Part shown: one piece after another, positions 21,527 through 29,668 of the stretch
Numbering within the stretch: position 1 is the first letter of the stretch
Layout: every line of letters starts with the position of its first letter
NCBI GenBank assembly: GCA_017451545.1
Contig: JAFTOB010000025.1
Coordinates: forward strand, 3,721-67,720
From: Clostridia bacterium
Lineage (GTDB): Bacteria > Bacillota > Clostridia > Oscillospirales > CAG-272
DNA length: 64,000 nucleotides
Reading direction: 5' to 3'
Position numbers and translations under genes: made by a program
Notes under the pieces: model-generated
What the model was told of the DNA's origin: nothing
Database searches by the model: none
The model's input: the letters and a program-made list of their open reading frames with translations, nothing else

Positions 21527-21603
21527 GGAGGCATAGCTCAGCTGGTTAGAGTACTTGCTTGACATGCAAGGGGTCATTGGTTCGATTCCAATTGTCTCCA
21601 CCA
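21527..21603 (+). tRNA. tRNA-Val (anticodon GAC), CCA encoded
   Basis: Hand-folded cloverleaf: acceptor GGAGGCA/TGTCTCC, anticodon stem CTTGC/GCAAG with loop TTGACAT, T arm ATTGG-TTCGATT-CCAAT, discriminator A plus CCA. Confidence 0.9.
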
Positions 21604-21608
21604 AAAAA

Positions 21609-21637
21609 GAACGAAGCAGTCGCTTCGTTCTTTTTTT
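21609..21637 (+). terminator. rho-independent terminator after tRNA-Val
   Basis: GAACGAAGC-agtc-GCTTCGTTC followed by T7. Confidence 0.8.
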
Positions 21638-21639
21638 AT

Positions 21640-21725
21640 CCAAGCCGCAGGCGACAGGCCTGCGGCTTGGTATATCATCACGCGAAGCGTGTATATCATC
21701 ACGCACCGGCGTGTATATCATCATC
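21640..21725. repeat. 13-bp perfect hairpin followed by three tandem 21-22-bp repeats
   Basis: The hairpin is CCAAGCCGCAGGC-gacag-GCCTGCGGCTTGG. GTATATCATCA then recurs at 21670, 21691 and 21713, and each unit carries a CACGC...GCGTG mini-hairpin. Confidence 0.6.
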
Positions 21726-21737
21726 TTCAAAAGCTCG

Positions 21738-21773
21738 AAGCCGACCGCTTTGCGGTCGGCTTCTCTTTTTATT
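21738..21773. terminator. bidirectional terminator (also ends the minus-strand 21769 gene)
   Basis: GAAGCCGACCGC-ttt-GCGGTCGGCTTC followed by TCTTTTTATTT. Confidence 0.7.
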
Positions 21774-23931
21774 TGTGTATGATCTCTTCAAACTTAACGT
21801 ATGGAGTATAATAAGAAGGAACGTAGTACTGTGTGTTCACGGAACCGGGATCGCAGGTGTATGTATGCTCCGTGTTCACCTGATAGGAGCGAACGGTTTC
21901 GTCCGTGACCTCAAGGATATGGAAGCCCCAAAGGTTGTTCAGGCGCAGGTTGTCGAAATTGTACTTTCCTAATACGTCATCTTTGATACAATCGTACGAA
22001 TATGCACCGTCATTGACAATATATCTGCCGCTTGACAGCTTATGTACATCATAGGTGTGGCTGTGGGCGTCAAACATAGCTCTGACGTTAGGATACTTTT
22101 CGATGAGAGAATTGAGCTGTACGATCTCAGGCTCATCCGTGCCTCGACCGAACCAATGCGTTGCAAGAAAAATATTTTCCCTGTCCTTATACTTCTCAAG
22201 CTGTTCCTCGATCCAGACCTCGTCGATACCCGTCCAATTGCTACCGCCTCCGCCGTGGGCCGTATTACCGTTTGCGGTGTTATAGGAGTCGAGCATCAGA
22301 AAGACATCGCCGTTCTTCGGGTTCTCCCAAACGAACTGTCTGTCTCTTCCGGCGAAGGCCACCCACATATCGTTGGGGTAGCTGTCGTGGTTGCCCGCCA
22401 CCATAAGCACGGGAATATTCAGCTCCTCGGACAGCGGCTTCAGATAATAAAGGTAAAGCAATTTGCAGAAGTTTGTGTTGGGATGACGGAGCGGGTAATC
22501 ATCGGTCGAAAGATCGCCCAGCACAAGGATAGCATCGAGACCGCGGCGGTAATACTCTGTCCTTATCTCGTCGCACATCATCTCCATTCGCTGCTTGTTG
22601 GAATATCCCCGATAAGTCACACGGTTTGCGTATCCGCTCTGCTCAAGAGTGGTAAAGTGAACGTCCGAAACCATCAGATATCTTCCCGTAAGCTCGGCGC
22701 GGTTTATGGAGTAATCGACCGCATCCAGCTCGTTGTCCGCAAAGCCGTCGCCCTTGAAGGTGAAGCCCTCAAGGTCAACATACTTCTGCTCTCCGTCCTT
22801 TTCGGTATAAAGCTCAACGGTCAGATAGGTCTCGCTCTCGCGCACGTCGAGGCCGCCTATGACAACGGGAGCCATATAATAGCCGTCGAGGCTCATGTGT
22901 CCGGTTATTCCCTGCCCGTCCTTATATTTCAAGCTTTCGTAAACCGTTTGCAGGTTATAGGTGTTTTCAAAATAAACGGTGTTGCCGTATGCGGCGGTGA
23001 CCTTGACCAGCAGGCGGTCGTAGGCTCCAAGCTCGTCTGCTTTAAGAGCCGCGACTATGCGGATATCGGTCTTGCCGCCCGCCGCGGGAGTGCTCTGTAC
23101 GGCGTAAATTCGGGTGGAATCCTGCGAATGCACTATGACGTTTTGGGAGCCCTCAATGAGTCGGCTGTCATTATCATAGTATCCGCTCTGCGTGCTTCTC
23201 AGCAGGCAATCGGTAAGCTCGACCGCTTGTCCGTTAGCCTTTATCGCCATGCCTCCCGTGGTGATTACCGTGTTTTTGAGATCAAGGTGTGCCGCAGTAT
23301 TACCCGTCACAAGGAGACCACAGGCACCCGCCGCCGCGGACACGTCTATCTCACAACCGACGAGACTGATATCCACGTCACCGCCGCCGTTACCCGTGCG
23401 GACAGCAGAGAGCGCCCCCGACTTTGCGGGATCGCAGGACATCTTTATATCCACGTTCTGCAGAGTCAGAGCCGTTTTTGCGCCCGTTCCGAGAGCATTG
23501 ATCAAGGTGTAATTTCGCTGAACCTGCGCGGTGGCATCAATGATCACGTTCTCAAGGCGCACGTCCGAGCAAGTGTAGATCTGGAAAGCACTTCCTTGAT
23601 TGTTATGCACTACCGTGAGATCCTTGAAGGTCATATCGCTGTTGATCATCAAGGCGTTGTTACCGCCTGCGGAAGCAACCGTGTGACCGTTACCGTTCAC
23701 GGTGATACGCTTGCCGTTTGCGTTTTTGAAGGATATTTCCCTGACCGAAACATCTTGCAAAAGCTCGATAATTACATCGGTATTCGCGGCGTTGGCGGCA
23801 GAAACGGCGGCATCAAACGTGGAATATTCGGTGCTCCCTATTTTGCATACCGCATTTGCCGCCACCGAGACGGTGGGCAAAGCTGCCATTATCATTACGG
23901 CCACCAAAATTATTAAGATGATTCTTTTCAT
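21769..23931 (-). CDS. secreted beta-helix-like repeat protein with C-terminal calcineurin-type metallophosphoesterase domain (720 aa)
   Basis: Track ORF trimmed to the ATG at 23931 (MKRIILIILVAVMIMAALPTVSVAANA is a Sec signal). The N-terminal half is repetitive (TVNGNGHTV, NVDIKMS, VGCEIDV). The C-terminus carries VSDVH, VLGDLSTDD, GNHDS, ATHW and DAHSHT. Confidence 0.75.
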   Translation of the reverse strand: MKRIILIILVAVMIMAALPTVSVAANAVCKIGSTEYSTFDAAVSAANAANTDVIIELLQDVSVREISFKNANGKRITVNGNGHTVASAGGNNALMINSDMTFKDLTVVHNNQGSAFQIYTCSDVRLENVIIDATAQVQRNYTLINALGTGAKTALTLQNVDIKMSCDPAKSGALSAVRTGNGGGDVDISLVGCEIDVSAAAGACGLLVTGNTAAHLDLKNTVITTGGMAIKANGQAVELTDCLLRSTQSGYYDNDSRLIEGSQNVIVHSQDSTRIYAVQSTPAAGGKTDIRIVAALKADELGAYDRLLVKVTAAYGNTVYFENTYNLQTVYESLKYKDGQGITGHMSLDGYYMAPVVIGGLDVRESETYLTVELYTEKDGEQKYVDLEGFTFKGDGFADNELDAVDYSINRAELTGRYLMVSDVHFTTLEQSGYANRVTYRGYSNKQRMEMMCDEIRTEYYRRGLDAILVLGDLSTDDYPLRHPNTNFCKLLYLYYLKPLSEELNIPVLMVAGNHDSYPNDMWVAFAGRDRQFVWENPKNGDVFLMLDSYNTANGNTAHGGGGSNWTGIDEVWIEEQLEKYKDRENIFLATHWFGRGTDEPEIVQLNSLIEKYPNVRAMFDAHSHTYDVHKLSSGRYIVNDGAYSYDCIKDDVLGKYNFDNLRLNNLWGFHILEVTDETVRSYQVNTEHTYTCDPGSVNTQYYVPSYYTPYVKFEEIIHK

Positions 23932-23932
23932 T

Positions 23933-24853
23933 TTAATTTCCAAGCTTTCTGAAAAATTCGGTGAAAAGCTGATCGCGCTTGATGTGGTAAACGTAGCAAA
24001 TGGGGTGGCGCGCAGGATCGAAGGAATAGTGATTATCGTACTGCACGATGGGTGAGGTGGCAAGGTAGCTCTTCATAAAGCGGTTGTCCTCGTTGAGCAG
24101 CCATCCGACGGCCGTAACGTCCCATATGCAACGGGACCAAGCCAGATCCGGCACGTGTTTGTCCATTTCATCGGTGACGAAGCGATAAAGATAATCGGCG
24201 ATAGGATTTTTGCCCTTGAGCCAATGCTCCATCTCGTGCTTTGTGGTAACGAATGCGCTGACCACGCCCATACAGGGCAGCTGGACCACGGGCGCACCGC
24301 AGCCGAAGATAACACGGGCGGCGGCTATATCCTGCCTCATATTGAATTCTGCGGTATCGGGCCACTCGCGTGCGTGACCCGAGAGCCAGACGATGACCGT
24401 GTTCTCGCGCATAGCCTCGGGAGCCTTCAGAATGGCCGAGGCCACGTTGGTGCCGGCACCGATTGCCACCACGTAAAGGGGCTTTTCGGGGGAATATCTC
24501 TTTGCCGTTTCGGCTATGAAGTTAGCGGCGTCCGACTCCACGGGAGTCTTTTCATCGGGCAGATAGGTGCGCGAGCCTCGGTAGACGTTTTTCTTCATAT
24601 CCTCCCTGCCGTCGAGGGTAAGCAGGCGCATCATCTCGTCGTAGCTTTTCAGCATACCGTCCTCGGGCGAGGTGCTGTTGCTGTTGAAAAAGGGTGCGAC
24701 GGTGAAGCCCAGCATATTTATCTTTTCGGGCGAGCGGAGGGCAAGCGCCACGGCGAACTGATCGTCCGCTTCGTTGAAGGTGTCGGTGTCAAGAATGACG
24801 TCGACCACGCCCTTCGGGGGCTGAAGATTCTTTAGATATTGCTCGTGTGTCAT
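23933..24853 (-). CDS. nucleoside hydrolase family protein (IUNH-like)
   Basis: Trimmed to the ATG at 24853 (GAGGAG RBS). VILDTDTFNEADDQFAVALAL is the N-terminal Asp cluster of nucleoside hydrolases. Confidence 0.8.
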   Translation of the reverse strand: MTHEQYLKNLQPPKGVVDVILDTDTFNEADDQFAVALALRSPEKINMLGFTVAPFFNSNSTSPEDGMLKSYDEMMRLLTLDGREDMKKNVYRGSRTYLPDEKTPVESDAANFIAETAKRYSPEKPLYVVAIGAGTNVASAILKAPEAMRENTVIVWLSGHAREWPDTAEFNMRQDIAAARVIFGCGAPVVQLPCMGVVSAFVTTKHEMEHWLKGKNPIADYLYRFVTDEMDKHVPDLAWSRCIWDVTAVGWLLNEDNRFMKSYLATSPIVQYDNHYSFDPARHPICYVYHIKRDQLFTEFFRKLGN

Positions 24854-24863
24854 TTTTATCTCC

Positions 24864-26804
24864 TCATTTGCCGAAAAATTCGGGTCTGACGGCGCCGAAG
24901 CAGACGTGATTTCTCGCACAACGGACGTCCTCGGCGAAAATCAGGCTGTACTTCGCATCGGAATTTGCCCGTGTGAGCCTCCAAAGAATGCGGTTGACAC
25001 CCTTTTTAAGCTTGATGCCGCGGATGTGAACGTTTTCGTTATCAAAGGTATCGCAGTTGTCGCGGCGGGCGATGAGCTCACCGTTGATCCACAGTGAGAA
25101 TGGCGAGGTGTGACCGATCTGCAGGCAGACCTCCATATCCTCGGGGGAGACCAGCTCGCGGGCAAGATATGCCACGCAGGGGCCGCGGAAGCCGAAGAGA
25201 TCGTCCATAGTAAGGCTGTCCTCGGGCTGATAGAACACGCTCTCCTCATACTTGGTCGCGCTCTCGGGATCATAGGGAGTGAAGCAACCGTCCTCGGTCA
25301 TATACTCGCTGTCGGTGTCAACGGCGAAGTTCAGGTGGAAGCGACGGGTAACGTCGGCACGCTCGCCTTTATAACCGGTCTCGGCAATGGTATCGGTAAT
25401 AATATCTCTGTACTTCAGATCGTGTGCCTGAAGGATCTCGGTGGTGCAGATGGGGTCGGTGCGCCAGATGGGGCCTATGACCTTCCAGGGCATCGCGCCC
25501 GCCACTCCGAAGGTGTAGCTCTTCTTCTCGCCATCGGTCTCGTACTCGAGAGTGTAAAGGTTGCGATCGTAGACCACCTCGCCCTCGGTTACGGCATCCA
25601 TACCGTAAAGGGCGCACTCGCCGGGCATAAGGGTCAGAGGCAGACTGTCCTCCGCGCCTGCGCCCTTGAGGCTGACGATGGTGCAAAGGGTCTTGTCCGA
25701 CACGTTCTTGATCTTGACCTTGACGCGTCTCGGAGCGCCGGGCTGCATTACAGGATAGTTGTCGCCGTAGATCACCGAGAACTCAAGCGTATACTGCGAG
25801 GGGGCAAAATCATAGTGGGTCTCGGGGGCGTTTTCGATGGTGCCGTTCTTATCGAGAGCACAAGCCAGAAGGGCGATATCCTCCGACAGATCCTTGACGC
25901 TGTCGCTTCTGCGGTTCGAGCGGACGGTGAGGACGAACTTCACGTCACCGAAGCCATACTCGCGCTCGACAGCCTCGGCGCCCTTGATAATTCCGATGAC
26001 AGAGCCTGCGGAGGCGCAGGTGCAGTCGGTATCAAAGCCGCAGTTGAGGGCGTCCATTCCAACCTTGACCATATCGCCGCCGCAGGTCAGGAGAGCCGCA
26101 ATGGTGATGGCCATATTCTGGAACATATTTGTGCAGTCGGGGTGACCGTATTTGAAAAGGATCTTGCGCAGGATCAGCTTGATGTCATCGTACTTTCGGC
26201 AAAGCTCTACCGTATCGTTGACAAGCTCGCGGAAACGGCAATTTTCGGGGATATACCGAAGTCCCACGTCAATGAGCTTATAAAGGTCGCTCTCCACGAA
26301 GGCCTGCGCCTCAAGAGCGGCGAAGAAACGCTCGGCGTACACGCTCTCGCCCGCGTGGTCGAGGATACCGTCACGGGAGGCGAAATCGGCGGCGCGGGCA
26401 GGATCACCGGGGCAAAGGCAGGCCCAGATCTCCGAACGTATGGGACAGCCCATACCGTCTATATAAAAATCGTTGCAAAACTTTCCCGAAACGGGGGGAT
26501 ATATGCCGCGCTCGTAGTTCTTGCGCATTACGGCGTACTCACCGGGGCTGTAATCGCAGTTCTCACAGAAGGCACGGTGCAGATCGTAGGCAGTAAAGCT
26601 CTCGCCGCACTTCTCCACAACGTCGAGCCAAAGGATCTGCAGATCCAAATCGTCGTTGGGCAGCATCGTATTTATCATTTCGGGCTTAAAGGGCAGCTCC
26701 AGCGGCATTTTGATGCCCTCGAAGGGCGCGCCGAGAGTGCCTATGACAGTCTTTCCGAGAAAGCAACCGTATACCTTGTCCAAATAATCCTTGTAGCTTA
26801 TCAT
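24864..26804 (-). CDS. ADP-ribosylglycohydrolase-family protein with an extra ~300-aa C-terminal domain
   Basis: The N-terminus YGCFLGKTVIGTLGAPFEG...NDDLDLQILW...GILDHAGESVYAERF fits the ARH fold. The C-terminal half is unassigned. Confidence 0.7.
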   Translation of the reverse strand: MISYKDYLDKVYGCFLGKTVIGTLGAPFEGIKMPLELPFKPEMINTMLPNDDLDLQILWLDVVEKCGESFTAYDLHRAFCENCDYSPGEYAVMRKNYERGIYPPVSGKFCNDFYIDGMGCPIRSEIWACLCPGDPARAADFASRDGILDHAGESVYAERFFAALEAQAFVESDLYKLIDVGLRYIPENCRFRELVNDTVELCRKYDDIKLILRKILFKYGHPDCTNMFQNMAITIAALLTCGGDMVKVGMDALNCGFDTDCTCASAGSVIGIIKGAEAVEREYGFGDVKFVLTVRSNRRSDSVKDLSEDIALLACALDKNGTIENAPETHYDFAPSQYTLEFSVIYGDNYPVMQPGAPRRVKVKIKNVSDKTLCTIVSLKGAGAEDSLPLTLMPGECALYGMDAVTEGEVVYDRNLYTLEYETDGEKKSYTFGVAGAMPWKVIGPIWRTDPICTTEILQAHDLKYRDIITDTIAETGYKGERADVTRRFHLNFAVDTDSEYMTEDGCFTPYDPESATKYEESVFYQPEDSLTMDDLFGFRGPCVAYLARELVSPEDMEVCLQIGHTSPFSLWINGELIARRDNCDTFDNENVHIRGIKLKKGVNRILWRLTRANSDAKYSLIFAEDVRCARNHVCFGAVRPEFFGK

Positions 26805-26817
26805 TTTTTATCTCCTT

Positions 26818-27843
26818 TTATTTTGAAAGTGCGGCCATTACCAGCTGCGCGTGGCAACGGGCAAAAAAATCGTTGGGGTGATTGACGTTGTTACCGCTGA
26901 GATCCTCATATCTCTTGGTCTTCATCAGCGCATTTTGCATCTCGCCAAAGCTGATGACGGCAACGCCCTTGCACTCCAAGGTCTTGAGGGCGGCATAGTA
27001 TTTATCCTGATAGGCCATGAAGCCTTCAAGAATGGGATTAGGGAAAGAGGTTGCGCAAAGCAAAAACTCGGTGTGCGGGCAGATGCTTCGTGCATCCTCC
27101 ATAGTCTTTTCTATGTTGGAGCAGAACTCATCCTCGGGGATGCGATCGTTCATACCGAAGGCGATAATGGCAAGGTCGGCATACTGCTCTCCCACAAGCG
27201 CTTTGGCATTTTCAAGCGCCCAACGGGAATTCTGACCGCCGCAGGCCGTATTTTTAAGCTCCACCGCCGCGCCGTATTTCTGCCAGAGCCCCATACAAAG
27301 GAGCTGATCCCACTTAGGAACGTAAGGCGGCACGCCCGAAAAGGAGCTGCTGTTACAGCCGCAGGATATGCTGTCGCCGAAAACGAGAAGCCGCAGGGGC
27401 TTTCCCGCTTCAAGAAGCTCCATCGTCCGAGGCAGTCTGTCACCCACAAATTCGGGTGTGAAGATGGGCTCGGAGGGCTTTTTCTTATAGGTGACGGCTA
27501 TCTGACGGTCGTGGAAGAAATGCCCCTCGCTGAATATGGAATATCTGCCGTCACGCGTTCTGAAGCACTTGCCGTAACGCTTATCGTCAAATATCATTTC
27601 CTCCTCGGTGAAGCGGAAAATTCGGCTGTCGGGAGTGAGGGTCAGAAGATTTCCCGAAACAGTCCAATCCCTTCCCTGCTCGTAGGTCTTGGTCTTGTCC
27701 GCACTCGTCACCGATATGATATATTCGGGCTCAAAAAGCAGGGGCGCCTCGGCCCTGCCGCCCACCTCGTGCATCATAAGAAATTCATCGTATATTATTT
27801 CGCTGCTCCATACGGGAGCCATTATTTTTTCAAATTCGGTCAT
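26818..27843 (-). CDS. SGNH/GDSL hydrolase with N-terminal beta-sandwich-like extension
   Basis: LLVFGDSISCG (block I Ser), ACGGQNS, FGMND and NHPND (block V). Confidence 0.7.
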   Translation of the reverse strand: MTEFEKIMAPVWSSEIIYDEFLMMHEVGGRAEAPLLFEPEYIISVTSADKTKTYEQGRDWTVSGNLLTLTPDSRIFRFTEEEMIFDDKRYGKCFRTRDGRYSIFSEGHFFHDRQIAVTYKKKPSEPIFTPEFVGDRLPRTMELLEAGKPLRLLVFGDSISCGCNSSSFSGVPPYVPKWDQLLCMGLWQKYGAAVELKNTACGGQNSRWALENAKALVGEQYADLAIIAFGMNDRIPEDEFCSNIEKTMEDARSICPHTEFLLCATSFPNPILEGFMAYQDKYYAALKTLECKGVAVISFGEMQNALMKTKRYEDLSGNNVNHPNDFFARCHAQLVMAALSK

Positions 27844-28016
27844 ATTGCACCTCCGTTTAGATATGAGTTAATTATATATTAAATTAAAAATAAAGTCAAC
27901 CTAAAAAGATGTTTTTTCAATCAAAAAAACATTTTTTAAAATTTGTTTATGTCTATTGTGCGTTTGGATTTTTTGTGTTATAATTAGATATAACGAGAAT
28001 TTCACAGGAGATCGGT

Positions 28017-28799
28017 ATGAACAAGATTGTAGACAAGCTCGGTTATATTTGCGACATGGACGGTGTTATCTACCACGGCAACACCCTGCTGCCGGGTGTT
28101 AAGGAATTCGTTGATTGGCTTTACGAAAACGATAAAAAGTTTCTCTTTCTCACCAACAACAGCGGCAAAACGCCCCTTGAGCTCAAGCAAAAGCTGATGC
28201 GCATGGGACTTGAGATCGACGAAAGCCATTTTTACACCAGCGCGCTGGCCACGGCAAGCTTTATTGCAAGCCAGTCGCCAAATACCTCGGCATACGTTAT
28301 CGGCGAGCCCGGACTTTACAACGCCCTCTACTCCAAGGGCATTACCATCAACGATAAAAACCCCGAATACGTTATAGTCGGCGAGGTCTCGAACTACAAT
28401 TACGAGACTATCTGCCGCGCCGTCAGTCTTGTCAACAAGGGCGCAAAGCTCATCGGCACGAACTCCGACCTGACGGGTCCCACCGATGACGGCATCGTTC
28501 CCGCCTGCCGCGCGCTCATCTCCCCCATCGAGATGGCCACGGGCAAGCAGGCCTACTTTGTGGGCAAGCCCAACCCGCTTATGATGCGCACAGGGCTTGA
28601 TATGATCGGCGTTCACTCACGCGACGCGGTTATGATCGGCGACCGAATGGACACCGATATGATCGCGGGCATCGAGAGCGGACTTGACACCGTCCTCGTC
28701 CTCTCGGGCGTTACGGCGAAGGACGACATCTCCATGTTCCCCTACCGCCCTCGCGTGGTGCTGAACGGCGTGGGTGAGATCCCTACCTGTGAGCTTTAA
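28017..28799 (+). CDS. HAD-IIA family hydrolase (NagD-like sugar phosphatase)
   Basis: ICDMDGVIYHG (motif I), LTNNS, GKP and GDRMDTDM. Confidence 0.85.
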   Translation: MNKIVDKLGYICDMDGVIYHGNTLLPGVKEFVDWLYENDKKFLFLTNNSGKTPLELKQKLMRMGLEIDESHFYTSALATASFIASQSPNTSAYVIGEPGLYNALYSKGITINDKNPEYVIVGEVSNYNYETICRAVSLVNKGAKLIGTNSDLTGPTDDGIVPACRALISPIEMATGKQAYFVGKPNPLMMRTGLDMIGVHSRDAVMIGDRMDTDMIAGIESGLDTVLVLSGVTAKDDISMFPYRPRVVLNGVGEIPTCEL

Positions 28800-28855
28800 T
28801 TTTTCACATATCGAAAAAATCCTTCCAAAAGCGGAGGGATTTTTTGTTATGCCTA

Positions 28856-28884
28856 TTGACAAAACCGCGAGTCGGTGATATAAT
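28856..28884 (+). promoter_or_regulatory. consensus sigma-A promoter for the IclR/Fe-S operon
   Basis: Exact TTGACA-N17-TATAAT. Confidence 0.65.
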
Positions 28885-28914
28885 CGTGTTGTAAATTCAT
28901 TATAAATGTATATC

Positions 28915-28931
28915 ATTCAATATTATTGAAT
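28915..28931. promoter_or_regulatory. perfect 17-bp palindrome, candidate IclR operator
   Basis: ATTCAATA-T-TATTGAAT lies between the -10 element and the RBS of the IclR gene. Confidence 0.4.
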
Positions 28932-28950
28932 TTTGAAAGGAGCTGATCCA

Positions 28951-29664
28951 ATGATAAAGGTACTTCACAAGGCCTTTGATATTCTGGAAAATATGTCGGC
29001 GCACAAGGATCGCGCGTTTTCTCTTACCGAGCTTGCCGAAATGATCGGCGAGAAGCCCACAACCTGCGCGAACATCGTCAAGACTCTTTGCGACCGCGGC
29101 TATCTTTGCCGCGCTGAGCCCCGCGGCTATACCCTTGGGCCCGTGGCGCAGGGTCTGAATTACGTGGATCTTGCCGATACAAAGCTGGTTGAAAGCTCCC
29201 GCGAGCTTATGACCGAGCTTGTTCGCAAATACGGTGCCACCGGTGTGCTGGCCGTTCTGCGACGCGGAAAGAAGAAGATACTTGACGATTACAACAGCGA
29301 AAGTGAGTTTATAATCAACAAGACCGTGCGTCAGGCTCACGAGCTCTACACCACCTCCACGGGTCTTGTTCTGACCTCACAGGACAAGACATCCTTTACC
29401 GACAGCGAGGCCGAGATCATCTGCGCGACCTACGGCTCTGTTGAAAAAATGCTTGAAATACGGCGCTTTATTGCCGAAAAAGGCTACGTCGCCATTTCCC
29501 TGCGCCCCCGAATCCTCGAGGTCGCCGCCGCCGTTTACCGCGACGGCAAGGTCTGCGCCTCCGTTGCGGTCTACCTGCCCGAATTCCTCATCAGCGACGC
29601 GGAAAAAGACAGCCTTATAAAAGAAATTTGCGAAATTGCCAATAAAATAAGCGAAAGGATCTAA
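28951..29664 (+). CDS. IclR family transcriptional regulator
   Basis: The ATG at 28951 follows AAGGAG. KAFDILENMSAHKDRAFSLTELAEMIGEKPTTCANIVKTLCDRGYL is an IclR winged HTH. Confidence 0.8.
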   Translation: MIKVLHKAFDILENMSAHKDRAFSLTELAEMIGEKPTTCANIVKTLCDRGYLCRAEPRGYTLGPVAQGLNYVDLADTKLVESSRELMTELVRKYGATGVLAVLRRGKKKILDDYNSESEFIINKTVRQAHELYTTSTGLVLTSQDKTSFTDSEAEIICATYGSVEKMLEIRRFIAEKGYVAISLRPRILEVAAAVYRDGKVCASVAVYLPEFLISDAEKDSLIKEICEIANKISERI

Positions 29665-29668
29665 TAAA

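Noticed and set aside
21670-21725. A possible mini CRISPR array or att site formed by the tandem 21-22-bp repeats after tRNA-Val.
   Set aside because: There are only three contiguous units without spacers and no cas genes. I noticed no integrase and no duplicated tRNA 3' end in the window.
4938-24063. N-terminally extended starts given by the ORF track. Examples are 4938 for dinB, 6245, 3844, 24063, 24919, 33889, 48212, 57242, 54281 and 59899.
   Set aside because: The extensions begin at TTG or out-of-context codons, overlap upstream genes, and precede obvious RBS-plus-ATG starts that yield proper signal peptides or conserved N-termini. I used the internal starts.
27909-27932. An inverted repeat ATGTTTTTT-N6-AAAAAACAT in the divergent region between the SGNH operon and the HAD gene.
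   Set aside because: It is almost pure A/T homopolymer, so such symmetry is expected by chance in AT-rich promoter DNA.
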